DNA of 64,000 nt from an uncultured Gammaproteobacteria bacterium. Lineage in GTDB: Bacteria > Patescibacteriota > Microgenomatia > 2-02-FULL-39-11. The stretch covers positions 5,169 to 69,168 of the forward strand of contig CAZJBV010000004.1 in the NCBI GenBank assembly GCA_964544585.1. The letters run 5' to 3'. Within the stretch, counting starts at the first letter, position 1. Every line of letters starts with the position of its first letter. Below are positions 38,087 through 48,582 of the stretch, in pieces. The translations under genes and the position numbers were made by a program. The notes under the pieces are model-generated. The model saw only the letters and a list, made by a program, of their open reading frames with translations, had not been told where the DNA came from and did not search any database.

Positions 38087-39562
38087 ATGCGTTTTCCTTC
38101 TCTCTCTTTAGTCATTTTTCTTATATCTTTTATAATCAATCTTTATTTTTCAAGTCTCGGACTTGACTTTCCCCTCGCCGACCCCCATGGCTTTCGCCAA
38201 GCCCAAACCGCCATCGCCACTTATTATTTTCTCAAAGACGGCTTACGGCTAGATTATTGGACCCCAGCCCTTGGTCCCCCTTGGTCTATCCCTATGGAAT
38301 TCCCTCTCTTCCAAAGTTTTGTGGCTATTTTTGTCAGTCTGACAAATATTCCACTAGATATCTCTGGACGACTTGTTTCTTTAATCTTTTTTTATACCAT
38401 GCTTCCTATCCTTTATGCTATATTAGCTAAACTTAAGATCCCTCAAAACCACCGCTTTTTACTTTTATCCTTTCTCCTCCTCTCCCCCATTTATCTTTTT
38501 TGGTCGCGCGCATTTCTCATCGAATCCCTCGGCCTCATTTTATCTCTTCTCTACTTCTTTTTTGCAATGAAAATGCGGGAAGAGAATTATAAATTGCTAT
38601 TTATTTTATTAGCCGTCTTTGTCGGAACACTAGCCGCCATAGTAAAAATAACTACATTTGTTTTAATAATAATCCCTCTAATTTGTTACTTTATTTATAG
38701 TTTTCCCAAAAAAGCTCGCTTTCTCCATCTCTACCAGAAAGCAATTATTCTTTTGGTCATCATAGCAATCCCTCTCCTTATCAATCTTATCTGGGTTTCT
38801 TATGCCGATTCCTTAAAAGAGTTAAATCCAATTGCAAATGGATTACTCACTTCAGAGGATATGTCAGAATGGAATTATGGCACGCTTTCACAAAAACTTT
38901 CCTGGTCAACGTGGGATGGCATTTTCTTACATATCAAGCGCTCTTTAATAGGTATTCCCCAACTTTTACTAATCCCACTTTTGTCAATTTTTATAAAACA
39001 TCGATATAGAGCTTTTGCACTCATTTCTTTTATAACATTCCTCTTAGGACCCATCATCTTCACCAATCTCTATTTCGTCCACGATTACTATTATTATGCC
39101 AATACCATTTATCTTCTTCTTGCTTTAGGCTTCACCATTCTTGGAATTCTAACTAAACCATTTATGTACATCCTTGCCACCATTTTTTTTCTAATTCTTT
39201 TTTTAAAAACTTACAAAAACACATATTATCAGTATCAAGTTTATCCAAACTATGAACTTGTTGAGATCGGAAATGCGATCCAAAATAATACAAATGAGGA
39301 AGATATAATTCTCATTTACGGTCACAGCTGGAGTCCCGAAATCCCCTATTATGCTCAAAGAAAAGCAATTACTGATATGTGGGGTCTAACTCTACAAAAT
39401 TCCAAGATTTCCCAAAGTATCAATCTCGCCGGTAAAGAAAATATTAAAGCAATGTTTATAGTCTACTATCCTGAATCTTTTATAAAAGAACGCGTTGCCT
39501 ATTTCAATTTTAAAAATGATCCCGTATTCGTAAATTCCCGAGGTCTTCTTTACATAAAATAA
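38087..39562 (+). CDS. GT-C fold (ArnT/GT83-like) membrane glycosyltransferase
   Basis: FRQAQTA, PMEFPLF, WSRAFLIES, HDYY. Confidence 0.75.
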   Translation: MRFPSLSLVIFLISFIINLYFSSLGLDFPLADPHGFRQAQTAIATYYFLKDGLRLDYWTPALGPPWSIPMEFPLFQSFVAIFVSLTNIPLDISGRLVSLIFFYTMLPILYAILAKLKIPQNHRFLLLSFLLLSPIYLFWSRAFLIESLGLILSLLYFFFAMKMREENYKLLFILLAVFVGTLAAIVKITTFVLIIIPLICYFIYSFPKKARFLHLYQKAIILLVIIAIPLLINLIWVSYADSLKELNPIANGLLTSEDMSEWNYGTLSQKLSWSTWDGIFLHIKRSLIGIPQLLLIPLLSIFIKHRYRAFALISFITFLLGPIIFTNLYFVHDYYYYANTIYLLLALGFTILGILTKPFMYILATIFFLILFLKTYKNTYYQYQVYPNYELVEIGNAIQNNTNEEDIILIYGHSWSPEIPYYAQRKAITDMWGLTLQNSKISQSINLAGKENIKAMFIVYYPESFIKERVAYFNFKNDPVFVNSRGLLYIK

Positions 39563-40314
39563 TGTACGATTTTTTTTACCAAAAAAGACACCCTGCCTTC
39601 TTAGAAAAAATCTTCCTCCGTTCAAGTCTAAATATACTTTCCGTCCTCCTCCAAGAATTTCCCTTAAAAAAATCTCTCTCCTTCCTAGAATTAGGTCCAG
39701 GTAAAGGATATTTTTTAAAAGCTATAAAAGAATCAAAAATAAAAATTTCGTATACTGCGGTTGATCAAAATGAATTAGTTCTCAAAAATATTACCACACT
39801 CAAAAAATATAAATCGACTCTTCCTAAACTGCCTAAATTCTATCAAAAGTTCGACTGTATCTATGGAGCCTATCTCATAGAACATCTTAAATCGGGAGAC
39901 GAGCTTTACGAACTCATCCTAAACTGCAAAAAATACTTAAAAAAGGGAGGAATTATCTCTTTTCTTGCCCCCGATGTACTAGATCAAAAATTTGAATTCT
40001 ACGCAGCAGATTATACTCATCAGTATCCAGTCACCAAAAGAAATGTTTCTCTCATTTTTCAAGATATTGGCTTCACAAATCTCGTCATTTATGAGGGTAG
40101 TGATCTTTGCTTTTATCTCACCTCCAATCCGTCTTTTTGGAAACCCATTTTGTGGCTCTCCAAATTACTATTATTTTTCTACAACTACCATCTATTTTCA
40201 TTCATCTTTTCCCCTATTTATAAAAATAAAGACTATGAACTCGATAATTGGTTTTATCGCTTTTACTCTTTTACCAAAGTAAAAAACCTTCTCTTTATTG
40301 CCAAAAATGAATAA
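39562..40314 (+). CDS. class I SAM-dependent methyltransferase
   Basis: LELGPGKG, LIEHL, LKKGG, DYTH. Confidence 0.8.
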   Translation: MYDFFYQKRHPAFLEKIFLRSSLNILSVLLQEFPLKKSLSFLELGPGKGYFLKAIKESKIKISYTAVDQNELVLKNITTLKKYKSTLPKLPKFYQKFDCIYGAYLIEHLKSGDELYELILNCKKYLKKGGIISFLAPDVLDQKFEFYAADYTHQYPVTKRNVSLIFQDIGFTNLVIYEGSDLCFYLTSNPSFWKPILWLSKLLLFFYNYHLFSFIFSPIYKNKDYELDNWFYRFYSFTKVKNLLFIAKNE

Positions 40315-41443
40315 AAAAATAGTTTCCGTCATCATGCCTTGTCTCAATGAAGAGCAAACGATAAAAACGAGCATCAAATGGGCAAAAATTGGCCTTTCTA
40401 AACTTCCTAAGAGTTACTCAGGTGAAATTATTGTTGTCGATAATGGCTCAACTGATAAATCGAAAAAGTTGGCAAAGAAAGAAAAAGTCAAAGTATTTTC
40501 CCAAGATATCAAAGGTTATGGCAGGGCTTATATTACAGGTTTAAATAAGTCTTCTGGCCAATACATTGTCATAGGAGATAGCGACGCAACCTACGACTTC
40601 AGACTCCTACCCCTTTTTATTAAAAAACTTGAACAGGGATACGAACTCGTCTTGGGCTCACGCTTAAAAGGTCACGCCAAACCTCGTAAAATGTCTTTTA
40701 CTCATCAATATATCGGCAACCCTATCTTGACTTTTTTGCTCAATCTATTTTATGGAAGCCAAATAACAGACGCCCATACCGGCATGAGAGCATTTACCAA
40801 ACATACCTACCATAAATTAAATATGAAAGGCAAAGGCATGGAATTTGCCTCAGAAATGATCATCAAAGCCATTTATCATAATCTAAAAATTGCCGAAATT
40901 CCTATCCCTTATTACAAAAGGCTTGGCAAATCAAAGCTCCTTCCCTTACCCGACGCCTATAGACACATTAAATATATTCTTCTTTACTCACCAACCTACG
41001 TTTTCGTCATGCCGGGACTTATTTTATTCTTAACTGGCTCAATTATTTCAATTGCCCTTTTGCCCGGAGGGCTTATATTTTTGGGCAGGTTTTTCGATAT
41101 TCATACCATGAGTATAGGAATACTCTTTGCCAGCCTTGGTGTTCAACTTATTCTTTTGGGAGTTTTTTCCAGGCTCTATACAAGATACACATTAAGCCTC
41201 CCTAGCGGCCCCTTAGGTAACTTTTTGACCAACAATCTCACTACGGGAAGACTCTTATTGTTTGGAAGCCTAATTATTTTGGTAGCCACAATCATAATCG
41301 GAACTATTACTCTAAATTGGATAGGAGCCAATTTTGGTGCCCTCTCCAAGGTTAGAGAATTCATATTTGCCATAGGACTATCTGTCATTGGCATACAAAT
41401 TCTTTTCTCCTCCTTTTTATTTGGACTACTTAAAGAAGAATAA
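40307..41443 (+). CDS. GT2 polyprenol-phosphate glycosyltransferase with C-terminal TM helices
   Basis: PCLNEE, VDNGSTD, KGYG, DSDATY, DAHTGMR, GMEFASEM, four C-terminal TMs. Confidence 0.9.
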   Translation: MNKKIVSVIMPCLNEEQTIKTSIKWAKIGLSKLPKSYSGEIIVVDNGSTDKSKKLAKKEKVKVFSQDIKGYGRAYITGLNKSSGQYIVIGDSDATYDFRLLPLFIKKLEQGYELVLGSRLKGHAKPRKMSFTHQYIGNPILTFLLNLFYGSQITDAHTGMRAFTKHTYHKLNMKGKGMEFASEMIIKAIYHNLKIAEIPIPYYKRLGKSKLLPLPDAYRHIKYILLYSPTYVFVMPGLILFLTGSIISIALLPGGLIFLGRFFDIHTMSIGILFASLGVQLILLGVFSRLYTRYTLSLPSGPLGNFLTNNLTTGRLLLFGSLIILVATIIIGTITLNWIGANFGALSKVREFIFAIGLSVIGIQILFSSFLFGLLKEE

Positions 41444-41444
41444 T

Positions 41445-42608
41445 ATGAGAATACTCATTACCATAGAATATTTTTATCCCCATATAGGCGGAGTCGAAAG
41501 AGCATTTCTAGAAATATCAAGACTACTTACTACCCGCGGTCATAAAGTATATATTTTAACCACTCAAGAAAACCCATCACTCAAAACAAAGTTTATAATT
41601 AAAGAAAAAATAAATGGCATCGAAGTAGTCCGACTCAATATACCCAATTTTGGCAGACGCTATATATTTCCACTTATTGTTTTTCCTCTCATGTTTATCC
41701 TTTTTAGTAAAGTAGACATAGTTCATTCCGCCAACAACTACACCATCTCTCTTCCCTCTTTTCTTTTTGCCCGCCTGACAGGAAAACCAATATCAATTAC
41801 AGTCTGGGAAATTTGGCACCATCTTTGGTTAGAGTTTTATCCTCCTTTTATAGGAATATTTTTTTGGGCATATGAAAGACTCACTCTCTCCCTTCCCTTT
41901 AATATGTTTATCTCACCCTCCAGATTTGTTTACAACCAATTAAAATCTATCCCAATCAATAAAAAGATAGTCATCTATCCCGCCGGAAAAAATCTTCATT
42001 TTAGTCAAAAAGCAAGAGCTAAGTTTAGAAAAAAATATAAAGCAGGCAAAAACTTTCTCTTTGTCTATTATGGACGATTCGCTCCAAATAAGGGTGTCGA
42101 AAACCTCATTCATGCACACTCAAAAGCTCTCAAAAAGTTAAAAAAAACAAAATTATTTCTCTTTATCCCCCAACCTGAGGAAAAAATTACTCATTCCATT
42201 CATAAAATCATTTCCAAAACACCAGCTAAAAACCTAATCTTTCTCTATCCCGGCATCCCAGAGCAGGATAATGAAACATTAACAGGCATCCTCTCTATGG
42301 CAGACGCCATTGTCATCCCAGATAAAACAGCAGCCTTTGGTCTTTCTGCACTCGAATCATCTGAGATGGAAAAACCCATCGTCATTACCAAAACAGGAGC
42401 ATTTCCAGAAGTCGTCTCAGGAAAAGTAGTTTTTGTTGATAAGGATTCTATCGAAAGTCTCAAAGATGGCTTAATAAAAGTTTATAATAAAAAATGGCAA
42501 ATTATTCCACCCAAAAAATTCTCTTGGAAAAAAACAGCAATTGAATATGAAAAAATATTTTTATCCCTTACTTCGCCAAAACCCACACTAAAGGCACAGT
42601 ATCAATAG
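41445..42608 (+). CDS. GT4 glycosyltransferase
   Basis: YFYPHIGGVE, GRFAPNKG, FGLSALES...KP. Confidence 0.85.
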   Translation: MRILITIEYFYPHIGGVERAFLEISRLLTTRGHKVYILTTQENPSLKTKFIIKEKINGIEVVRLNIPNFGRRYIFPLIVFPLMFILFSKVDIVHSANNYTISLPSFLFARLTGKPISITVWEIWHHLWLEFYPPFIGIFFWAYERLTLSLPFNMFISPSRFVYNQLKSIPINKKIVIYPAGKNLHFSQKARAKFRKKYKAGKNFLFVYYGRFAPNKGVENLIHAHSKALKKLKKTKLFLFIPQPEEKITHSIHKIISKTPAKNLIFLYPGIPEQDNETLTGILSMADAIVIPDKTAAFGLSALESSEMEKPIVITKTGAFPEVVSGKVVFVDKDSIESLKDGLIKVYNKKWQIIPPKKFSWKKTAIEYEKIFLSLTSPKPTLKAQYQ

Positions 42609-44085
42609 TTCTAGAATAGGCAATTTTTCCCCTCCCAATTTTTTCTGTCATAAATTTTTTTACCTCTTCATTCCAAAAAGAAGGCCGATTCAAGATCACA
42701 ACATAATCACTTTCCCAAAGATTCCTGGTATTTACTCTTTCCAAAAGATCATGTCTTAAATACATACTTGCAGAGCTTTGCGCCATAAAAATATTAATAG
42801 CTGAGCCCTTTTCAGCATTTTCATTTAACCATCCCACCGCTTCCTTCTGTGGAGTTCCCCAAAAGTCAATATCATATTTTCCGTTGGCTCCTCTTATACC
42901 TCCAACCAACAAATTATAGAAACTCGTCTGATAAGGATGATAAAAAACAATATTGTAGACAAGAGATCCAAAAATAAACAAAAGAAAAATTTTACTCTTT
43001 CTCAAATATGAATATACCACCATAAATCCGACAGCTGCTATTGCCGCAAGTGGAAAAAGTACTTCTAAAAAATGTCTTACCCCATCAATAACCGAAACAT
43101 TCGGCAGGAAAAATCTTAAAAGCGGAACAAAAAACCACAAAATTAAAAGTAAGTAAAAAGATCCCCTTTTAAGACTTATAAATAGACCAACTACAAAAAA
43201 AAGCAAAATAGATAGTGGAGTAGTAATTGCTAAATACAGATAAGGATAATAAAAAGGTATGTTTATCCCCGAACGATATGTTTCTCCCGAAAGTAGTACC
43301 GGCATATTAAATGTATTGTGAGAAAATGTATCCCGAAGTTCTATAAGTTTGGCAACTGGATCAGTCCAAAAAGGCCACCAGATAAAAAGCGCCGCCAAAG
43401 GAGCACTAATAAAATAAACCAAAACAATACGCATTGATTTATCCAATAGTTTTTTCCTCATCGAAATCAAAAGCCATAAGGCACAAATTATTGGAATATA
43501 AATGGCATTGACTTTTATAGAAAAAGCTATGCCAAAAAATAAAGAAGCCAAAAATAGGTCTATAAATTTTTTATTCCTCGAAAGTCTCCAAAAAAAGTAT
43601 ATTGATAAACAAAAAACGACTGCCACAGGAATATCCTTCATATTCACATGAAGATATCCAAAATAATTAGGCAAAAAACCTAAAATGAGAGCACCTATCA
43701 ATCCACCTCTCACTCCCAACGCCTGATATAAAAAAAAGTATAAAATCCCTACTCCAATAGAGCCATACAAAACAGAAGGCAAATTGTACGCCATATCAAA
43801 CGGAAGTAAATGAAGAGTCTCAAAGAGGATCTGATAAGAAAGTGCCGGAATTATTCCCATAATTGGACCAAATGGATCATCAATCGTCAATCGCGGATCA
43901 GGAGGAGTAAATGGCACCGGAGGAGGTTTATCTATCGAGGGAACGGCAATTCCTAATTGATGTAATCCTCCATAAAGATGGTAGTGAAAGTCCCAACTTA
44001 TTCCATAATCTTTCATTAAAAAAAGCTGGAGGACTAAATATAAAAAAGTAAAAAACAATCCAATTAAAATTTTATTTTTCTCCAT
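42568..44085 (-). CDS. GT-C fold (PMT/GT39-like) membrane glycosyltransferase
   Basis: DYGISWD, NMKDIP, DGVRH, DFWG. Confidence 0.75.
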   Translation of the reverse strand: MEKNKILIGLFFTFLYLVLQLFLMKDYGISWDFHYHLYGGLHQLGIAVPSIDKPPPVPFTPPDPRLTIDDPFGPIMGIIPALSYQILFETLHLLPFDMAYNLPSVLYGSIGVGILYFFLYQALGVRGGLIGALILGFLPNYFGYLHVNMKDIPVAVVFCLSIYFFWRLSRNKKFIDLFLASLFFGIAFSIKVNAIYIPIICALWLLISMRKKLLDKSMRIVLVYFISAPLAALFIWWPFWTDPVAKLIELRDTFSHNTFNMPVLLSGETYRSGINIPFYYPYLYLAITTPLSILLFFVVGLFISLKRGSFYLLLILWFFVPLLRFFLPNVSVIDGVRHFLEVLFPLAAIAAVGFMVVYSYLRKSKIFLLFIFGSLVYNIVFYHPYQTSFYNLLVGGIRGANGKYDIDFWGTPQKEAVGWLNENAEKGSAINIFMAQSSASMYLRHDLLERVNTRNLWESDYVVILNRPSFWNEEVKKFMTEKIGRGKIAYSRTIDTVPLVWVLAK

Positions 44086-46169
44086 ATGATATACAATCCC
44101 AGTCCACTTAATATACTTATGATAAGACCATATATATATATTCTTGGATAATAATAAAACTCTATTTCATGTTCTCCCTTTGGCACATAAATAGACCGGA
44201 AAGCATAATTACTCCTATAGACAGGAACATTTCTTCCATCAATAGTAGCCAACCATCCCGGGTAATAAATTTCAGACGAAGAAAGAAATCTTCCACAAGA
44301 TGAATTTGTCGTCAAAACAATTTTATTCGGTGTATGAAAAGATACCACCACACTCTCCCCCTTCTTATCCTCACAACCTAAATCAAAATTCTTTAAGTCT
44401 CCTATTTCTTTCCCTTCAAATAAAATAGTTTTTCCCAAATCAACTTTTCTTGCCAATATCGCCTCCTCTAATTCTTTCAAGTTGGGATAGACCATAGCTT
44501 GGCTTACAAGAAAAAATCTCGGTAAATATGATTTATTTTCATAAAGTCTGTATCTGTCACCCTCGGAAACTAGATTATAATTTTCTGTATTACCTCCTAT
44601 GGCATCAGCACTCTTATCCACTGTCACATATTTTACATTTAGAAAATCTATATAAGGAGAATCCGGTTGAGGCGGTGGTATCTCCACATTAAAGTATTGT
44701 GTCGAGGGATAAGAAGATCCATTAGACAAATCAATAAATCTGTAATATCGGGAAAGTATCATAGAATTATAATCACTCGTCGAATAAAATCTATACATGC
44801 TTGATGCACCGAAATCGATATCTCTTCTCACCGCTGAAATCACCGTAAAATCAGGCAATACTCTATAAAAATCTTTGCCATAAGAAATCTTTTTTACTAG
44901 TTGTTGATCAAATGTTTTTGTCGGAATATCAGCCAAACGAAAAAAATGGCGATCAACCAACAACAAATCTACCATCAAAACCACAATAAAAATTATCTTT
45001 ATAAATCGATATTTTATACTTCCCAAAATTATCCCAGACACCAAACTCAAAGAGAAAAAAACGACAAACATGTGTCTTACGGGAAATCTGTACGATGAAT
45101 AAAACGGAATATATTTCCATAAAATTTCATGAAGATTAATTGGAGAATTTATTCCCAAACTAATGATAAAAAAGAGAGGAACAACTAATACTAAAAAAAA
45201 CCAAACATCTTTCGATAATTTTTGTTTTTTGAACCTAAAAATAACAAACAAAACAAGCGTCAAAGGCAATATTCCCACATAATAAACGTACTCTGAAAGA
45301 TTAGGCCATGGCCCATTGTAGCTTTCCGGTAAACCAAAAATAAAAGGATTTACAAAAAGTTTGAATCCCTCATAAGGCATCGACCCGCTACTCGCCACTC
45401 CATAAGGTACACCCTCCGATCGAAGCGACAGTCTCAAAAATTCTAGTCTTGGTAAAACCTCCAATGCAGTAATACCCAATGAGAAGATAGCTATGACAAT
45501 AAGTAGCCCAAAATTTTTTATTAGAGTCCCCCATCTCCATCGCAAGCTAGTAAAAAAGAGAAACAAAATGTAAAGCCCCAGCAGTTCTAATGTGTAGAGA
45601 ATAAAAAGCTCATTGCCCGAAAGAAAAAGTAATCCAATCGATAATATCGCAAAAAGAATAGACTTCTTTTTATGATCAACAATTACTCGCTTTCCTAAAC
45701 CAAATGCCAGCGGCATCCATGCCGCCGTATCCATATATTCAGGATGTCCTGCATATAGACGCGCCGAAAAAAAGCTACCGAGACTATAAGAAATTGCGCA
45801 GAACAAGGCTCCATATCTATCTGTATATTGTCTGCCTAACCAATACATTGTTATACCAGCAATCACCATATGTAAAAACATGTAAATAGCAAAAGATTGA
45901 GATTGAGAAAATAAGATATAAATCCAATTTAGGGGATAAAATATATTTATATTTGGATGAGCCAAAAAAGGAGTCCCCGAAAAGTTATATGGATTCCAAA
46001 AGGGAATAGTCCCTGAGAGAAAACTCTCTCTCAGATATCCTTTCCAAAAATAATAAGCATCATAAATATCTCCGCCATAAATCATTTTTCCCTCTGGAGG
46101 ATTAAAATAAGGAAGAAAAAGGATAAAAGGTAAAATTAAAATTAAAAGAATTGGCAATAGTTTTTTCAC
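44064..46169 (-). CDS. YfhO-like GT-C membrane glycosyltransferase
   Basis: PFWNPYNFSGTPFLA, YRFP.R, C-terminal YYPGW.A.IDG...G.H.IEF.Y.P. Confidence 0.8.
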   Translation of the reverse strand: MKKLLPILLILILPFILFLPYFNPPEGKMIYGGDIYDAYYFWKGYLRESFLSGTIPFWNPYNFSGTPFLAHPNINIFYPLNWIYILFSQSQSFAIYMFLHMVIAGITMYWLGRQYTDRYGALFCAISYSLGSFFSARLYAGHPEYMDTAAWMPLAFGLGKRVIVDHKKKSILFAILSIGLLFLSGNELFILYTLELLGLYILFLFFTSLRWRWGTLIKNFGLLIVIAIFSLGITALEVLPRLEFLRLSLRSEGVPYGVASSGSMPYEGFKLFVNPFIFGLPESYNGPWPNLSEYVYYVGILPLTLVLFVIFRFKKQKLSKDVWFFLVLVVPLFFIISLGINSPINLHEILWKYIPFYSSYRFPVRHMFVVFFSLSLVSGIILGSIKYRFIKIIFIVVLMVDLLLVDRHFFRLADIPTKTFDQQLVKKISYGKDFYRVLPDFTVISAVRRDIDFGASSMYRFYSTSDYNSMILSRYYRFIDLSNGSSYPSTQYFNVEIPPPQPDSPYIDFLNVKYVTVDKSADAIGGNTENYNLVSEGDRYRLYENKSYLPRFFLVSQAMVYPNLKELEEAILARKVDLGKTILFEGKEIGDLKNFDLGCEDKKGESVVVSFHTPNKIVLTTNSSCGRFLSSSEIYYPGWLATIDGRNVPVYRSNYAFRSIYVPKGEHEIEFYYYPRIYIYGLIISILSGLGLYIIWRKIKF

Positions 46170-46894
46170 TTATTGAATTCTTTTTTAACCATCAATTTCC
46201 ACCACAATTTTAAAAGATTAGTTCCTGTTTTATAAAGCCTATTAAAATTAAAAAACTGACTCTTCCCAGAAGTCCTCCAGAAGTGATGCACCGGTACCTC
46301 CGTAATAGTATATCCCGCATGATCTATCTTTTTCACCAATTCCACACAGATTGTTCCTGTATTTTCAAAGAGTTTTACTTTTGTAAATATTTCTCGCCGC
46401 ATAAGCCGAAAATCACAATCAGTATCGGCAATAGGAATTCCAAATGCTATCTTGACAATATAGTGATACATGCGCCCAGCAACAATTCTAAACCATGGAT
46501 CATTTCTTTTTATTTTATATCCATTTACCATTCCGATTCCGGGTTTCATTTTTTCATAAAGTAAAGCAAGTTCTCTAGGGTCATACTGGGCATCACAATC
46601 CGTATAGAAAATTAAGTCTTTCTTACAAGCACTAATACCGCTTCTTAAAGCCCCCCCATACCCCCTGTTTTTTTCGTGATGAACAATTCGAATTCTAGAT
46701 GAATTGAAAACTTCAACTACGGAATCAAGCGCAGCTGAATTTTCAGGCAAACTGCCATCATCAATGATTATCACTTCCCAATCATCCGTCAATTTTGAAA
46801 CATTTGATATCGAGAGTCCTACCAAGCTCCCCACCGTCCCCCAATCATTAAGAAAGGGAAAAAATATTGAAATAGAAGGTTTTTTTAACACCAT
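46166..46894 (-). CDS. GT2 glycosyltransferase (DPM/DPG synthase-like)
   Basis: IDDGS, NRGYGGAL, DCDAQY, DTDCDFRL. Confidence 0.9.
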   Translation of the reverse strand: MVLKKPSISIFFPFLNDWGTVGSLVGLSISNVSKLTDDWEVIIIDDGSLPENSAALDSVVEVFNSSRIRIVHHEKNRGYGGALRSGISACKKDLIFYTDCDAQYDPRELALLYEKMKPGIGMVNGYKIKRNDPWFRIVAGRMYHYIVKIAFGIPIADTDCDFRLMRREIFTKVKLFENTGTICVELVKKIDHAGYTITEVPVHHFWRTSGKSQFFNFNRLYKTGTNLLKLWWKLMVKKEFNK

Positions 46895-46947
46895 TGTAAT
46901 GCCTGCATCATAGCAAATTTAAAAAGATAGTGTAATATAAAAGGAAA

Positions 46948-48582
46948 ATGCTAAAACTGTTAGAATCAAAAATCTTTTTTTTTCTGACTACAACCATCAT
47001 CATACTCTCATTAAACCTTACTCCATTAGTTCTTCAATATTCCCATTCTCCCCCCGGACGTACATTTGCCCTCATCCACAACAATACACAAGATTTCTTC
47101 TTCTACCAATCCCTTATGAATCAGGGGGCAGAAGGTAGCTTGTTGACTCGCGATTCCTACACCTCCGAACCACACCATTCTTCCATCATATTTTCCTATT
47201 TTCTTTGGTTTGGCAAAATAAGCAACCTACTCAATATACCCTATCCCATCATGTATCACTTAATTAGAATACTATTCGCCATCCTTTTTCTTCTTTCTGC
47301 CTACTTCCTCCTTTTTGCCTTTTCCGTCCCTCACCCACGATTAACTTACTTCCTCTTTCTCTTTGCCGCACCCCTCATGCATCAAATAGAAGATGGCGGA
47401 ACAACAAGAGAAGTTGAATATATGTACTGGTGGACCGGAATGGATCCAATAAGACGCGCCGCCTACCTTCCCCACCACGCAATCGGAGCTTTCCTCCTGG
47501 TTTTATCAATGATTCTCATAGTAAGGTTTATTAAAAAACCACAGCGCAAATATATCATTTGGCTTTCAATATTCGCCATAATCTTAGCATTTATCCATAC
47601 TCCTAGCTTATTTATCCTCTTAATCACCCTACCCGGAGCTCTCTTTATTTATAATTTAAATTTCATTAAAAATTTCAAATTTCAAATTTCAAATTATTTT
47701 CCTTTATTGGTTTATTGGTTTATTGGTTTACTAGCCTTATTGTTTATGGTCTCCCAAACCCAAAAAGGCTTTCCCTGGAGTCAATACATAGAATGGGAAA
47801 AAAGCCTCCAATTCCCTCTGGATAAAGAACTTATCGGTGCCTTTGGATTTCTTTTCCCCTTTTCTCTCGTAGGAATAGTAAAAGCACTAAAAACTAAAGA
47901 ATTTCCTTTTATTCTTGTCGCCACTTGGTTTATTTTTCCACTTTTTCTCATCCCTTTTTCTCCAATGTTAAATATCTCCAATATCCGCCTGATTCAGGGT
48001 ATTCCATATCTTCCACTTGCCATTCTGGGAGTTTTAGGCATGAAAACAATTGGTAATTTACTCCTAAAAACTCCCCTACCTTTTTTCTCGCGGCTCAAAA
48101 ATTGGCATATAATTTCAATTTGGTACGGGATTTTTACTATATTATTTATCATCTTTACCTTCCCTACCATAATCTGGAGTATTAAAGACCAAACTCGGGA
48201 ATTCTGGGCCATTTATGGCAATGTCTATTTTGACAATAGACTTATAGAAGCATTTAGTTTCATGAATCAGAAACTTCCCCAGAACACAGTCACAGTTGCC
48301 ACATTTTATGCTGGAAATTATATTCCCGCATTTACAAATACCACCAGTTTTATCGGTCACTCTGGTTACACATATAATCTTTCCCAAAAAGAGCCACTCG
48401 TCAAAAGATTTTTCGAGGGGAATATGTCCGACCAAGAAACCAGAGAGTTTATCTCTTCAAACAATATTGACGTAGTCTTCCAAGGTCCCGAAGAAATGAT
48501 TTTATTCGGTAGAGAACTCTACCCCAATGTTTTAAGACCCATTTTCAATAATGGGGTTGTCATTCTCTATAAAATGATATAG
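46948..48582 (+). CDS. polytopic membrane protein, seven-member putative GT-C family (copy 4)
   Basis: QDFFFYQSLMNQG, YTSE, PHH, FPW, IPAF.....IGH, VVFQGPEE. Confidence 0.6.
   Translation: MLKLLESKIFFFLTTTIIILSLNLTPLVLQYSHSPPGRTFALIHNNTQDFFFYQSLMNQGAEGSLLTRDSYTSEPHHSSIIFSYFLWFGKISNLLNIPYPIMYHLIRILFAILFLLSAYFLLFAFSVPHPRLTYFLFLFAAPLMHQIEDGGTTREVEYMYWWTGMDPIRRAAYLPHHAIGAFLLVLSMILIVRFIKKPQRKYIIWLSIFAIILAFIHTPSLFILLITLPGALFIYNLNFIKNFKFQISNYFPLLVYWFIGLLALLFMVSQTQKGFPWSQYIEWEKSLQFPLDKELIGAFGFLFPFSLVGIVKALKTKEFPFILVATWFIFPLFLIPFSPMLNISNIRLIQGIPYLPLAILGVLGMKTIGNLLLKTPLPFFSRLKNWHIISIWYGIFTILFIIFTFPTIIWSIKDQTREFWAIYGNVYFDNRLIEAFSFMNQKLPQNTVTVATFYAGNYIPAFTNTTSFIGHSGYTYNLSQKEPLVKRFFEGNMSDQETREFISSNNIDVVFQGPEEMILFGRELYPNVLRPIFNNGVVILYKMI
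47670..47730. repeat. adjacent tandem repeats (AAATTTC)x3.7 and (TTTATTGG)x3.5 inside CDS
   Basis: 47670-47695 and 47703-47730; encode NFKFQISN and LLVYWFIGL. Confidence 0.9.
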